Made by a program: the position numbers and the translations under genes. 64,000 nucleotides of DNA from Geopsychrobacteraceae bacterium (GTDB taxonomy: Bacteria > Desulfobacterota > Desulfuromonadia > Desulfuromonadales > Geopsychrobacteraceae). The notes below the pieces were generated by a model. That model searched no databases. It had not been told where the DNA came from and saw only the letters and a list, made by a program, of their open reading frames with translations. Positions 27,830 to 37,721 of the stretch are shown here, piece by piece (position 1 is the first letter of the stretch; each line of letters opens with the position of its first letter). The stretch is taken from the NCBI GenBank assembly GCA_963662315.1, contig OY759353.1:3648001-3712000 (forward strand). The letters run 5' to 3'.

Positions 27830-29710
27830 ATGAACACGGTTAGTTCTCAAATTCCGGCAAATCTGTTCTTGCCACAAACACTGTCGACTCTACGGGTTCA
27901 GGCTGCTGAACTTCAGTCGTTTCGGGTCCAACAACAAATGCTTGCGACTGTTGTTGAAATCAATGAAGAGGAGGGCGAAGCGGTACTTGAGATTGGTGGA
28001 AAGAACTACCGTACTCCCTTGAATGATACGATGCAGTCCGGTCAGTTGTTACAGTTGCAGGTGCTCAAAACAGAGCCCGCTCTGGAATTCAATGTACTTG
28101 GCGTTTCAAAACAGGATCAGCTGGCACAACTATTTACCTTGTTAGCCCAACCCTATGACTGGGCAAAGTTGGCTGAGCAAATTCAGCGGTTGGCTAAAGA
28201 TTCTCCGGAATTGAGCACCCTGGCCAATCTGTTCCGTCAGTTCCGGCAAGTTGTGGCGCCAGGGCAGAAATTGCCAGATGAAATAGCTGATGCAATCAAA
28301 GTCTTGACGCGACAACTGCAAGCCTTGAATGCTCAGGAAACCAGGCCGGATGCGGCAGCGCTGCTCCCAGGTTTCGAGCTGGTGATGAAACGGCCTCAGA
28401 AAGATTCTCCTGCTGCTCTTCATAGCTGGGCACGGTTGCTGACGCAGCTTAAGGACCATATTGGGCGTGGGCAACAGTTGCCGGATGCGAAAGACCGTGG
28501 GCAATGGTATGGACAGACACGTGAGTTGCTGGGGGAATTGCAGACTGTTGTCAAGGGGCAGGCATTGTCTGCCTCATTACTCCGTGGGCTAAGTCCTCTC
28601 CTTAACCAGCTGCAGCAGCTGACGCCGGTAACTCCTCAGCTGGCCAGGGATATCAGGCTGCTTGATAATTTGGTTCAGAAGACCACGGCAACGGGAGTTC
28701 TGTCGCAGGATTTTGTCAGTGACGATCGTCAATCGGCCAGGATTCAGCAGGTTGGGGGAAGGCTGCCTCTCTCTGCAGGACCCACCCCGGAGAGCACAGC
28801 CGCATTACCTGTTACTGGTGCGGCAACTCGGGAAGGCGCTGTTGCGTTACCGACGGGAGCCGCTGAACAACTAATCAAAACAGATTTTCATGCCGAGCCA
28901 GCAACTGTACCGCCTCCCTCCCTGGATAAGCTGGTCAGGCAGGTGGTGACCTTGCTCCGGGATAGTGAAGGCACGGTTGCGCTGCCTGGGAAAATTGTCG
29001 GGCAGTTGGAAGGTGCGTTGGCGCGCAGTATCGAAAAAGGGCAGATTGCGGCAGAACACCTGCCTTATGTCAATAATTTGCTTCAGCAGCTCAGCAATGC
29101 TCCTGCTACATTAGCTCCTGAGACGTTCCGTGAAAAATTGGGGGTATTGTCACTTCTGTTGGGGTTTGGCATCGATAAGATCGGCAAGGAGAAATCTGGC
29201 GATACCAAAGCAAGTCTTCTGCAGCAGAGCCTCTATGCTCTTAAAGATCAACTGACTGGAAAGGGGGATGAGCCTCTTCAGCGTCTGGAATTGTTACAGT
29301 TATGTCGCGATAAACTGGCCGATCAGCAGGTTCAGTTTTTCCCCCTGCCATTTGAAGATCTGGAAGAAGGATATCTGCTGGTCCGGCAGCACAGCTACAA
29401 GGATGGAAGTGGCAGCGCTAAGGATGACCCCCGCGAAGAACTGCAATTATCCATGGCCTTGCGCTTGTCGGCTATCGGTAGTGTTCGGGTCGATATGCTT
29501 TACGGTGTATCCGGTCTACGACTCCAGCTGGCTGGTGAGAATCGTCAGAAAATGCACTATCTGGAAACCTTTGCAGCTGATCTGAGAGGGGCTCTGAGCG
29601 GTATTAAACTGTTATCTATCGGCTTTCGCGATGATGCCCAGTTACCGACCATGCAGCTGAAACAGAATGTTCTTCCCGAAGCAGACCGGTTACTGAATAT
29701 GAGGGTCTGA
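27830..29710 (+). CDS. FliK-like hook-length control protein
   Basis: Low-complexity Q/L/P-rich body, C-terminal LRLSAIGSVRV segment, coupled to a FlhB-like gene. Confidence 0.55.
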   Translation: MNTVSSQIPANLFLPQTLSTLRVQAAELQSFRVQQQMLATVVEINEEEGEAVLEIGGKNYRTPLNDTMQSGQLLQLQVLKTEPALEFNVLGVSKQDQLAQLFTLLAQPYDWAKLAEQIQRLAKDSPELSTLANLFRQFRQVVAPGQKLPDEIADAIKVLTRQLQALNAQETRPDAAALLPGFELVMKRPQKDSPAALHSWARLLTQLKDHIGRGQQLPDAKDRGQWYGQTRELLGELQTVVKGQALSASLLRGLSPLLNQLQQLTPVTPQLARDIRLLDNLVQKTTATGVLSQDFVSDDRQSARIQQVGGRLPLSAGPTPESTAALPVTGAATREGAVALPTGAAEQLIKTDFHAEPATVPPPSLDKLVRQVVTLLRDSEGTVALPGKIVGQLEGALARSIEKGQIAAEHLPYVNNLLQQLSNAPATLAPETFREKLGVLSLLLGFGIDKIGKEKSGDTKASLLQQSLYALKDQLTGKGDEPLQRLELLQLCRDKLADQQVQFFPLPFEDLEEGYLLVRQHSYKDGSGSAKDDPREELQLSMALRLSAIGSVRVDMLYGVSGLRLQLAGENRQKMHYLETFAADLRGALSGIKLLSIGFRDDAQLPTMQLKQNVLPEADRLLNMRV

Positions 29711-29994
29711 TGAACAGCAATAAAAAACTTCAAGCCGTAGCTCTGCATTATGAGCAGGGGGCAGAACGTGCTCCCCAGATCATTGCCACCGGAAAAGGGG
29801 ATGTGGCCGAACAGATCCTTGCTCTGGCGCGGGACGCGGGGATTGATATTGTCGAGGATCCTGATTTGATGGAGGTTCTTGGCCGGATCCCGGTCAACAC
29901 CGCGATTCCTTCGGAATTGTTTGAAGCGATTGCTGAAATACTGGTCTTTCTTTATCGTCTAAACGGGCGCTATGAAAGCGATCAAAATGAGTAA
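29710..29994 (+). CDS. FlhB C-terminal-domain protein (EscU/YscU/HrcU family)
   Basis: AVALHY...APQIIATGKG...IP.ELFEAIAEIL. Confidence 0.9.
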   Translation: MNSNKKLQAVALHYEQGAERAPQIIATGKGDVAEQILALARDAGIDIVEDPDLMEVLGRIPVNTAIPSELFEAIAEILVFLYRLNGRYESDQNE

Positions 29995-30042
29995 AATTCT
30001 TCTTTACAGGCGATAACTGTTAGTGTAAGGTCTGCAATTCGC

Positions 30043-30290
<248 letters not shown>

Positions 30291-30294
30291 ACTT

Positions 30295-30416
30295 AAACTG
30301 ATGAAAAAGGCGCATCTGCTTCGTTGTCACAGCCAGAACAACAACGACGTATAACAAGATACGCCTTTTGCAGTTCTGGCCGTGGTCGCCTCGTATCTAC
30401 CCTTTTTGATCAGTTT
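30295..30416. repeat. ~120 bp palindromic element with terminal inverted repeats
   Basis: AAACTGATGAAAAAGG / CCTTTTTGATCAGTTT (15/16 match); inner GCCAGAAC/GTTCTGGC stem. Confidence 0.7.
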
Positions 30417-30440
30417 TTGGGGCGGACTACTAAAAAGAAA

Positions 30441-30584
30441 AGTTTCTGGTTCAAAAATCAGCAATTTTTCGCAAGGTTAAAGAAGGCAAGTTTTTTGCGC
30501 GGAGGCGTAGTACTTTACGTCGCACAAGCAAAAGCGCAGCTTGACGCCGAGATTGCGGAAAAGGGCGATTTTGGGGCAGAAACT
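30441..30584. repeat. ~145 bp palindromic dispersed repeat, copy B (inverted relative to copy A)
   Basis: AGTTTCTG...CAGAAACT ends; reverse complement shares GCCCTTTTCCGCAATCT, TTTGCTTGTGCG and ACCTTGCGAAAAATTGCT with 25603-25745. Confidence 0.8.
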
Positions 30585-30586
30585 AA

Positions 30587-30716
30587 TTGCCGATAGAAGT
30601 GACAGCCGGGTCCCGCGCAACGGCCGGCCGTAAACCCCGTCAGGCCCGGAAGGGAGCAGCGGTAGCGGTTTTGGACGTGTGCCGCGGGGAAGCCCGGTTG
30701 TCACTTGTGTCGGCAA
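30587..30716 (+). ncRNA. ffs: Signal recognition particle RNA (4.5S)
   Basis: TCAGGCCCGGAAGGGAGCAGC domain IV in a long rod-like hairpin; upstream of dnaX; exact ends uncertain. Confidence 0.93.
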
Positions 30717-30896
30717 TTTTTTTTATGAGCGCTGTTCGGAAATTTTTCCGTTTTCTTAATCTATTTCAAATCTGAAATGTCAAATCTGAAATCGCGAAAT
30801 ATTTTGAACGTAAGACACTTGTTCCTCTCCCCGATTCATGGTTTATTATCTCACTCATTATTTCGTTTTTCTTATTTGTACTGATTGAGGAGAGTC

Positions 30897-32579
30897 ATGT
30901 CCTATCTGGTTCTGGCACGCAAATGGCGTCCGCAACAGTTTGATGACCTGGTTGGCCAGGAGCACGTCAGTCAAACCCTGAAAAATGCCATAACTGCAGA
31001 TCGGGTTCATCACGCTTTCCTGTTTACCGGAGCCCGCGGTGTTGGTAAGACTTCGGCTGCCCGTATTTTTGCCAAAGCACTTAACTGCCAGGAGGGCCCG
31101 ACCGTCTCTCCGTGTGGTGTCTGTCCTTCCTGTATCGATATCACCAGCAGTCAGGGGATTGATGTTCTTGAGATTGACGGGGCTTCTAATACGGGGGTTG
31201 ACGATATCCGGGAGCTGCGTGAGCATATCCGCTATCTTCCTTCTCAGTCCCGGTACAAGATCTTTATTATTGATGAAGTCCATATGCTCTCCATCAATGC
31301 TTTTAATGCGTTGTTGAAAACACTGGAGGAGCCGCCGGAACACGCCAAATTTATTTTTGCGACGACTGAGCCGCATAAAATACCCATCACCATTTTGTCC
31401 CGCTGTCAACGATTCGATTTTAAAAAGATCGGTATGGCGCCACTGGCTGCTCGCCTGCGCTATATTGTTGAGCAGGAACAGGTGACCATTTCGGACGCCG
31501 GACTGGCGATTGTGGCTCGCAACGGTGGCGGGAGTATGCGGGATGCCTTGTCGACCCTGGATCAGGTCATTGCCTTTTGTGGTGATAAGGTTGCCGATGA
31601 TGATCTGCAGGGATTGCTGGGGCTGGTCAGTCGCCGGCTGTTGCTTGATACCATTGAGGCGTTGATTGAGCGTGATCCGCGTCAGGTTTTGACGCTGATC
31701 CAGAAGGTCGATAACCACGGGCACTCGTTCCGGCAGTTTGGTCAGCAGCTGGTTGAATTGCTGCGTGCATTGGTGGTTTTGAAGGTTGTTGAAAAGCCGG
31801 GAGATCTGATCGATTTCAGTGATGCCGAGATTGACGAACTGCGCGGTCTGATCAAGACTGCTTCGCTGGAAGATCTGCAACGCTATTTGCAGATCTTGAT
31901 TAAGGCTGAAGCTGACCTGGCGGTATCCAATTTCCCGCGTCTGACCATGGAGATGGTCCTGATCCGGCTGGCAACCCTGCCAACCGGAGTTGAGGTAGCT
32001 ACTCTGATTGAGCGCCTGGCCCGGCTTGAGCAGAAGCTGTCAGGGGGCTCTGCCTTCGGGATTGAGTCTGGGAAAGAGGCACGCTTTGTGCCACCACCAC
32101 CCCAGCCTGAAATTCCACCACCGCCAGAGCCGGAGGATAGCGGAAAAAAGTCTGAAGCCCTGCCTGCAACGGTATCTGGTGAAAAAAGTTGGGCAGGGCT
32201 GGTGAGCTTCGTTAAAGGGCAGCGTCGTTTTCATATCGCCACTCTGCTCGATCAGTCAAGCCTGTTGGAACTGGCGTTGCCCAGGTTGCGCATCGGTATG
32301 CCGGAACGTTATTTTGGCCTGGCTGATCCGGAAATGCGTGAAGCTATTGGTGCGTTAGCCGGACAGTACTTCGGGGCCCCGGTCAAGGTGGAGGTCGACA
32401 AAGTCGCCAACGGCGCTGTTGCACCGCCATCGCTGCATCAGGAGCGCGCCCGTCAGGAGAGTGATCGCCAGAAAAAATTACGTGAAAATGCCACCGAGCA
32501 TCCGATGGTTAAGTCGGCGTTGGATATCTTCGGTGGCACCATTGAAACAATTAAGCCTATTGATAAGGGATTTGTATAA
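30897..32579 (+). CDS. dnaX: DNA polymerase III subunit gamma/tau
   Basis: YLVLARKWRP, GARGVGKT, EIDGAS, IDEVHML, SRC. Confidence 0.97.
   Translation: MSYLVLARKWRPQQFDDLVGQEHVSQTLKNAITADRVHHAFLFTGARGVGKTSAARIFAKALNCQEGPTVSPCGVCPSCIDITSSQGIDVLEIDGASNTGVDDIRELREHIRYLPSQSRYKIFIIDEVHMLSINAFNALLKTLEEPPEHAKFIFATTEPHKIPITILSRCQRFDFKKIGMAPLAARLRYIVEQEQVTISDAGLAIVARNGGGSMRDALSTLDQVIAFCGDKVADDDLQGLLGLVSRRLLLDTIEALIERDPRQVLTLIQKVDNHGHSFRQFGQQLVELLRALVVLKVVEKPGDLIDFSDAEIDELRGLIKTASLEDLQRYLQILIKAEADLAVSNFPRLTMEMVLIRLATLPTGVEVATLIERLARLEQKLSGGSAFGIESGKEARFVPPPPQPEIPPPPEPEDSGKKSEALPATVSGEKSWAGLVSFVKGQRRFHIATLLDQSSLLELALPRLRIGMPERYFGLADPEMREAIGALAGQYFGAPVKVEVDKVANGAVAPPSLHQERARQESDRQKKLRENATEHPMVKSALDIFGGTIETIKPIDKGFV
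32132..32200 (+). other. Programmed -1 ribosomal frameshift signal in dnaX
   Basis: GGAGG at 32132, in-frame A AAA AAG at 32144-32150, -1 frame TGA at 32153-32155, stem AGCCCTGCCT/GGGCAGGGCT. Confidence 0.8.
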
Positions 32580-32620
32580 CGCCCTGTTGATAACCAGTAA
32601 TAAAACGGAGGAATACAGAT

Positions 32621-32935
32621 ATGGCAAAAGGTCTTGGAAATATCATGAAACAGGCTCAGCAGATGCAGGCAAAGATTGCCCGCATGCAGCAGGAGCTTGA
32701 AACACGTGAAGTTGAAGCCAGTGCCGGAGGTGGGATGGTAACCGCCAGGGTGAATGGCAAGCAGCAGATTCTGGAACTGAAGATCGAGAAGTCCGTTGTT
32801 GATCCTGAAGATGTTGAAATGCTTCAGGACTTGGTTCTTGCTGCGGTGAATGAGGCGATTAAAAAGAGTCAGGATATGATCCAGGCTGAGATGGGGAAAG
32901 TTACCGGGGGGATGAATATCCCTGGTTTGTTCTAA
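32621..32935 (+). CDS. ybaB: YbaB/EbfC nucleoid-associated protein
   Basis: [29 protein letters not shown]; lies between dnaX and recR. Confidence 0.95.
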   Translation: MAKGLGNIMKQAQQMQAKIARMQQELETREVEASAGGGMVTARVNGKQQILELKIEKSVVDPEDVEMLQDLVLAAVNEAIKKSQDMIQAEMGKVTGGMNIPGLF

Positions 32936-33203
32936 AGAAAATCGCTGTATCAGGCGCGAATTCCAGCTTCTTTTGACTGGTTAAAATCCCTGCAGATGTC
33001 TGGTCTGACAGGGGTTTTTTCATTTGCCGTGATGGAATTCGTATGATGTCTTTAAAAAAGGATTGAATTTTTAGGATGTTGGTGGTAGGGTCCTTTTTGG
33101 TCAGACCACTGGCCCATCCTGCCTTTTAGTGAAATTGCAGATTTTTAGTCTCCCTGAAAGATTCATTCCGATGACTTAACCCCTTGGATTCAGGAGAAAT
33201 TTC

Positions 33204-33803
33204 ATGTTAGGCTCACTACCGTCGTTTGCCCGTCTGGCGGCCGAATTAAGTAAGCTACCGGGCATCGGCAGTAAAACAGCTGCCCGGTTGGCGTTTCATT
33301 TGTTACGAGCCTCCCGGCAGGATGTCGAGGCATTGGCATCGGCACTGATTGAGATGAAAAACAACGTGCGTTATTGTCAGCGCTGTTATCATGTTTCAGA
33401 GGCTGAACTGTGTACCATCTGTTCCAACCCCGCACGTGATTCTCAAGTGCTCTGCATCGTCGAAGAGCCTCAGGATCTTCTAGCCATTGAACGAAGTCGT
33501 TCCTATCTCGGTTTGTATCATGTGCTACATGGAGCTTTGTCGCCGTTAGATGGAGTTGGACCGGAAGATCTTAAAATCCCGCAGTTGTTGCAACGGCTCG
33601 AGGCGGAGCCGGTTCGCGAGGTTATCCTGGCGACAAATTTCACCGTTGAAGGTGAGGCGACTGCGCTTTATCTGGCAAAGCTATTCAAGGAGAGAGGATT
33701 GCGCGTGACGCGCCTTGCTCATGGGATACCCACGGGCAGCGATCTCGAGTATATCGATTCCGGTACAGTACAACAGGCTGTAGATGGGCGTCGCGAATTG
33801 TAA
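33204..33803 (+). CDS. recR: Recombination mediator RecR
   Basis: LPGIGSKTA, C4 zinc finger, YHVLHG, VEGEATA. Confidence 0.96.
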   Translation: MLGSLPSFARLAAELSKLPGIGSKTAARLAFHLLRASRQDVEALASALIEMKNNVRYCQRCYHVSEAELCTICSNPARDSQVLCIVEEPQDLLAIERSRSYLGLYHVLHGALSPLDGVGPEDLKIPQLLQRLEAEPVREVILATNFTVEGEATALYLAKLFKERGLRVTRLAHGIPTGSDLEYIDSGTVQQAVDGRREL

Positions 33804-33927
33804 TCCTTGCACAGAGTATCGATAACTTAACAGTGGGGTTTTCCCTGTGCTTAGTTATACGAGGTATTCGAAAAGCGTTCTTATTCCTCTATAAGAACGT
33901 CATTACTCACCGTACAAGGAGGTGTAC

Positions 33928-36900
33928 ATGTCTCGAAAGATGGTCAACATTGACGGTAATGCCGCGGCAGCGCATGTTGCGCATGCGACTAACGAGGTTA
34001 TTGCTATCTACCCCATTACCCCGTCATCGGTTATGGGCGAAATTTCCGACGCCAAAAGCGCTGTAGGTCAGAAAAACATTTGGGGTACCATTCCCAAAGT
34101 TGTTGAGCTTCAGTCTGAAGGTGGTGCTGCAGGTGCTGTTCACGGTGCTCTGCAGGCAGGTGCATTAACAACGACCTTTACTGCTTCACAAGGTCTGTTG
34201 CTGATGATCCCGAACATGTTCAAAATTGCTGGTGAATTGACTCCGACCGTATTCCATGTCTCGGCTCGTGCCCTGGCAACTTCCGCTTTGTCAATTTTTG
34301 GTGATCATTCAGATGTTATGGCCTGCCGTTCTACTGGCTGGACCATGCTTTGCTCCAATAACCCACAGGAAGTTATGGATTTTGCGCTTATTGCACAGGC
34401 CACAACTCTTGAATCGCGGGTTCCGGTTCTCCACTTTTTCGACGGATTCCGGACGTCTCACGAAATCCAGAAGATTGAAGAACTGACTCAGGACGACATG
34501 CGTCACATGATCGATGATGAGCTGGTTGCTGCTCACCGTCATCGTGCCTTGTCTCCGGATGCACCGAAACTGCGCGGTACCGCTCAAAACCCCGACGTTT
34601 ACTTCCACACCCGTGAGTCGGTCAACAAGTATTACACCACCGTCCCTGCAGTTCTTCAGGCTCAAATGGACAAGTTCGCCAAGCTGGTTGGTCGTCAGTA
34701 TAATCTGGTTGATTATGTTGGTGCCCCTGATGCTGAGCGTGTTGTTGTGATGATGGGTTCCGGCTGTGAAGCCATGGAAGAGACCATTAATTACCTGGTC
34801 GCTCAAGGCGAAAAAGTCGGTATGCTCAAAATCCGTCTGTTCCTGCCGTTCCCAACCGAGCAGTTCTGTAAAGCTCTGCCGAAGACCGTCAAGAAAATTT
34901 CTGTTCTTGATCGTACCAAAGAGCCAGGTTCTCTTGGTGAGCCTCTCTACCAGGCGATTCGTACCGCTCTTGGTGAAGGCATGTCTGACGGCCTCGTTGC
35001 GTTTGAGCGTTACCCCGTTGTTGTTGGTGGCCGTTACGGTCTCGGTTCTTTCGAGTTCAACGCCGGTATGTGTAAGGCTGTTCTCGATAACTTGTCCAAG
35101 GACAAGCCGAAGAACCACTTCATCGTTGGTTTCAATGATGATGTCATGGGGCAAAGCCTCGATTTCGACGCCAGCTTCAAGGTTCCTTTTAATGGTTACT
35201 CTGCCATGTTCTTCGGTCTCGGTTCCGATGGTACTGTTGGTGCCAACAAGAACTCGATCAAGATCATCGGTTCAGCGACCGATAACAAGGTTCAGGCCTA
35301 CTTCGTCTATGACTCCAAAAAAGCAGGCAGCATGACCACTTCTCACCTGCGTTTCGGTCAGGAAGAGATCAAGAGTACCTACCTGATTGACCAGGCTGAC
35401 TTTGTTGCCTGCCATAACTTCTCCTTCCTCGAGAAGTATGACATGCTCAAAAACGCTAAAGAAGGTGCGACCTTCCTGCTCAATGCTCCTTACAGCCAAG
35501 ATGAAGTCTGGGGGCATCTGCCTAAAGCTGTTCAGCAGACCATCATTGACAAGAAACTCAAATTCTTCGTTATCGACGGTATCCATATCGGTGAAAAGAT
35601 CGGCCTTGGTCCTCGTATCAACGTCGTTATGCAGACCGCTTTCTTCAAAATCTCCGGGATCATTCCTGAAGATGTCGCCATTGCCAAGATCAAGGACGCT
35701 GTTGTCAAGTCTTACAGCAAGGCAGGTGAGAAGGTTGTCGACATGAACAAGCGTGCTGTCGATGTTGCTCTTGAGAGCACCTTCGAAGTCGCTGTTCCTG
35801 CTACCGCTGACAGCACCATTGAAATGCAGTCAGGCAAGTGGGGTGCATACTCCGAAACCGTTCAAAAGACCCTGGGGCCGATCATCGATGGTTTGGGTCA
35901 GGAACTGCCTCTGTCGGCTCTGCCTGCTGATGGTACTTTCCCGACCGGAACCGCCTGTGTCGAGAAACGTAACATTGCTGTTAATATCCCTGTTTGGGAA
36001 AAAGACCTGTGTATCCAGTGTGGTATCTGTTCTCTGGTCTGTCCTCATGCTGCTATCCGCATGAAGATCAACGACGAGAGCGCTATTGCTGGAGCTCCAG
36101 AAACCTACAAATCCTGCGCCGCTAAAGGCAAGGATATGGAAGGGAAGGTCTTCACCCTGCAGGTTGCACCGGAAGATTGTACCGGTTGTGGTGCTTGTGT
36201 TCACAACTGTCCAGCCAAGAGCAAGGATGATGAGAGCAAGAAGGCTATCAATATGACCTTCCAGGCTCCACTGCGTGAGACCGAAGCTGCCAACTTCAAG
36301 TTCTTCCTTGATCTGCCCGACACTGATCCGGCTCTGATCAACCGCGCAACACTGAAGGGCAGCCAGCTGTTGCCACCGATGTTCGAATTCTCCGGCGCCT
36401 GTGCGGGTTGTGGCGAGACTCCATTCGTCAAGCTCTGTTCACAGCTGTTCGGTGATCGTATGTATGTTGCCAACGCGACCGGTTGTTCTTCAATCTATGG
36501 TGGTAACCTGCCGACCACTCCATGGACCACCCGTAAGGATGGCCTTGGACCGACCTGGGCGAACTCTTTGTTCGAAGACAACGCCGAGTTCGGTATGGGG
36601 ATGCGTCTTGCTGTTGACAAAACCACTGAGTATGCACGTGAACTGCTCGAGAAAAACATCGACTGTGGTTGTGCTGCTTGTGAAGGTACTGCTGGGCTCA
36701 AGCGTGAAATCCTTGACGCTGCTCAGGATACTCAGGAAGCTATTGAAGAGCAACGTGCTCGTGTTGCCAAGCTCAAAGCGATCCTCGAGAAGTGTACCCA
36801 CGAAACTGCTAAGCCGCTGCTGATTGACATCAACTATCTGGTCGTCAAATCAGTCTGGATCCACGGTGGCGATGGCTGGGCATACGACATCGGTTACGGT

Positions 36901-37500
36901 GGTCTGGATCACGTTCTTGCTTCCGGTCAGAACGTCAACGTTCTGGTTCTGGATACCGAGGTTTACTCCAACACCGGTGGTCAGGCTTCCAAGGCTACCC
37001 CGCTTGGCGCCGTTGCACAGTTTGCCGCCGGTGGTAAGACTCAGCCGAAGAAAGACCTGGGCATGATCGCTATGTCCTATGGCAATATTTACGTTGCTAA
37101 GGTCTCTCTGGCTAATCCGGCTCAGGCTGTTAAGGCCTTCCTTGAGGCGGATGCTTACAATGGTCCTTCACTCATTATTGCTTACACCCATTGTATCGCT
37201 CACGGAATCAACATGACCCGTGGTGTTGATACGGTTAAGGAAGCCGTAGCGTCAGGCCACTGGACTGCGTATCGTTATGATCCACGCCTTATCGAGCAAG
37301 GCAAGAACCCGCTGCAGCTCGATGCGAAGGAGCCAACTATGTCCTTCGAAGACTATGCCTCCAAGCAGAATCGCTATCGGGTTCTCAAGAATATCAACCC
37401 TGAAATGTCAGCAAGCATGATGGCGAAAGCCAACAAGCTGACCACCCAGAACTTCAACCTGTACAAGTATCTGGCAGAAATGAAGTATGGTGAAGAATAA
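33928..37500 (+). CDS. nifJ: Pyruvate:ferredoxin (flavodoxin) oxidoreductase
   Basis: YPITPS, two CxxCxxCxxxCP motifs, ACAGCGE, GGDGWAYDIG. Confidence 0.97.
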   Translation: MSRKMVNIDGNAAAAHVAHATNEVIAIYPITPSSVMGEISDAKSAVGQKNIWGTIPKVVELQSEGGAAGAVHGALQAGALTTTFTASQGLLLMIPNMFKIAGELTPTVFHVSARALATSALSIFGDHSDVMACRSTGWTMLCSNNPQEVMDFALIAQATTLESRVPVLHFFDGFRTSHEIQKIEELTQDDMRHMIDDELVAAHRHRALSPDAPKLRGTAQNPDVYFHTRESVNKYYTTVPAVLQAQMDKFAKLVGRQYNLVDYVGAPDAERVVVMMGSGCEAMEETINYLVAQGEKVGMLKIRLFLPFPTEQFCKALPKTVKKISVLDRTKEPGSLGEPLYQAIRTALGEGMSDGLVAFERYPVVVGGRYGLGSFEFNAGMCKAVLDNLSKDKPKNHFIVGFNDDVMGQSLDFDASFKVPFNGYSAMFFGLGSDGTVGANKNSIKIIGSATDNKVQAYFVYDSKKAGSMTTSHLRFGQEEIKSTYLIDQADFVACHNFSFLEKYDMLKNAKEGATFLLNAPYSQDEVWGHLPKAVQQTIIDKKLKFFVIDGIHIGEKIGLGPRINVVMQTAFFKISGIIPEDVAIAKIKDAVVKSYSKAGEKVVDMNKRAVDVALESTFEVAVPATADSTIEMQSGKWGAYSETVQKTLGPIIDGLGQELPLSALPADGTFPTGTACVEKRNIAVNIPVWEKDLCIQCGICSLVCPHAAIRMKINDESAIAGAPETYKSCAAKGKDMEGKVFTLQVAPEDCTGCGACVHNCPAKSKDDESKKAINMTFQAPLRETEAANFKFFLDLPDTDPALINRATLKGSQLLPPMFEFSGACAGCGETPFVKLCSQLFGDRMYVANATGCSSIYGGNLPTTPWTTRKDGLGPTWANSLFEDNAEFGMGMRLAVDKTTEYARELLEKNIDCGCAACEGTAGLKREILDAAQDTQEAIEEQRARVAKLKAILEKCTHETAKPLLIDINYLVVKSVWIHGGDGWAYDIGYGGLDHVLASGQNVNVLVLDTEVYSNTGGQASKATPLGAVAQFAAGGKTQPKKDLGMIAMSYGNIYVAKVSLANPAQAVKAFLEADAYNGPSLIIAYTHCIAHGINMTRGVDTVKEAVASGHWTAYRYDPRLIEQGKNPLQLDAKEPTMSFEDYASKQNRYRVLKNINPEMSASMMAKANKLTTQNFNLYKYLAEMKYGEE

Positions 37501-37529
37501 GTTATCCTTAGAAGGATAGCAGCTGAACG

Positions 37530-37565
37530 AAAACTCCCGGTGCCAGTTGCACCGGGAGTTTTTTT
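37530..37565 (+). terminator. Intrinsic terminator
   Basis: AAAACTCCCGGTGC-cagtt-GCACCGGGAGTTTTTTT. Confidence 0.85.
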
Positions 37566-37721
37566 ATTTCTTGTTCGAAAACAGACTAGTGGTGACCGGT
37601 CCGTCCTGTGTTCAGAATGGTTTATGATTCACTAACCCCCTATCCTCTATAGATTCATCTTCTTTTGTGCTAAGTTCATTTCTTTGAATCGAATCCACCT
37701 TACACAGTCAAAAGGCCTGCT

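Noticed and set aside
30324..30775. Short ORFs between tRNA-Ser and dnaX
   Set aside because: They run through palindromic repeats and the SRP RNA
30858..31880. 340 aa minus-strand ORF
   Set aside because: Antisense shadow of dnaX with no recognisable motifs
34309..36204. Several long minus-strand ORFs
   Set aside because: Shadows of the strongly codon-biased PFOR gene
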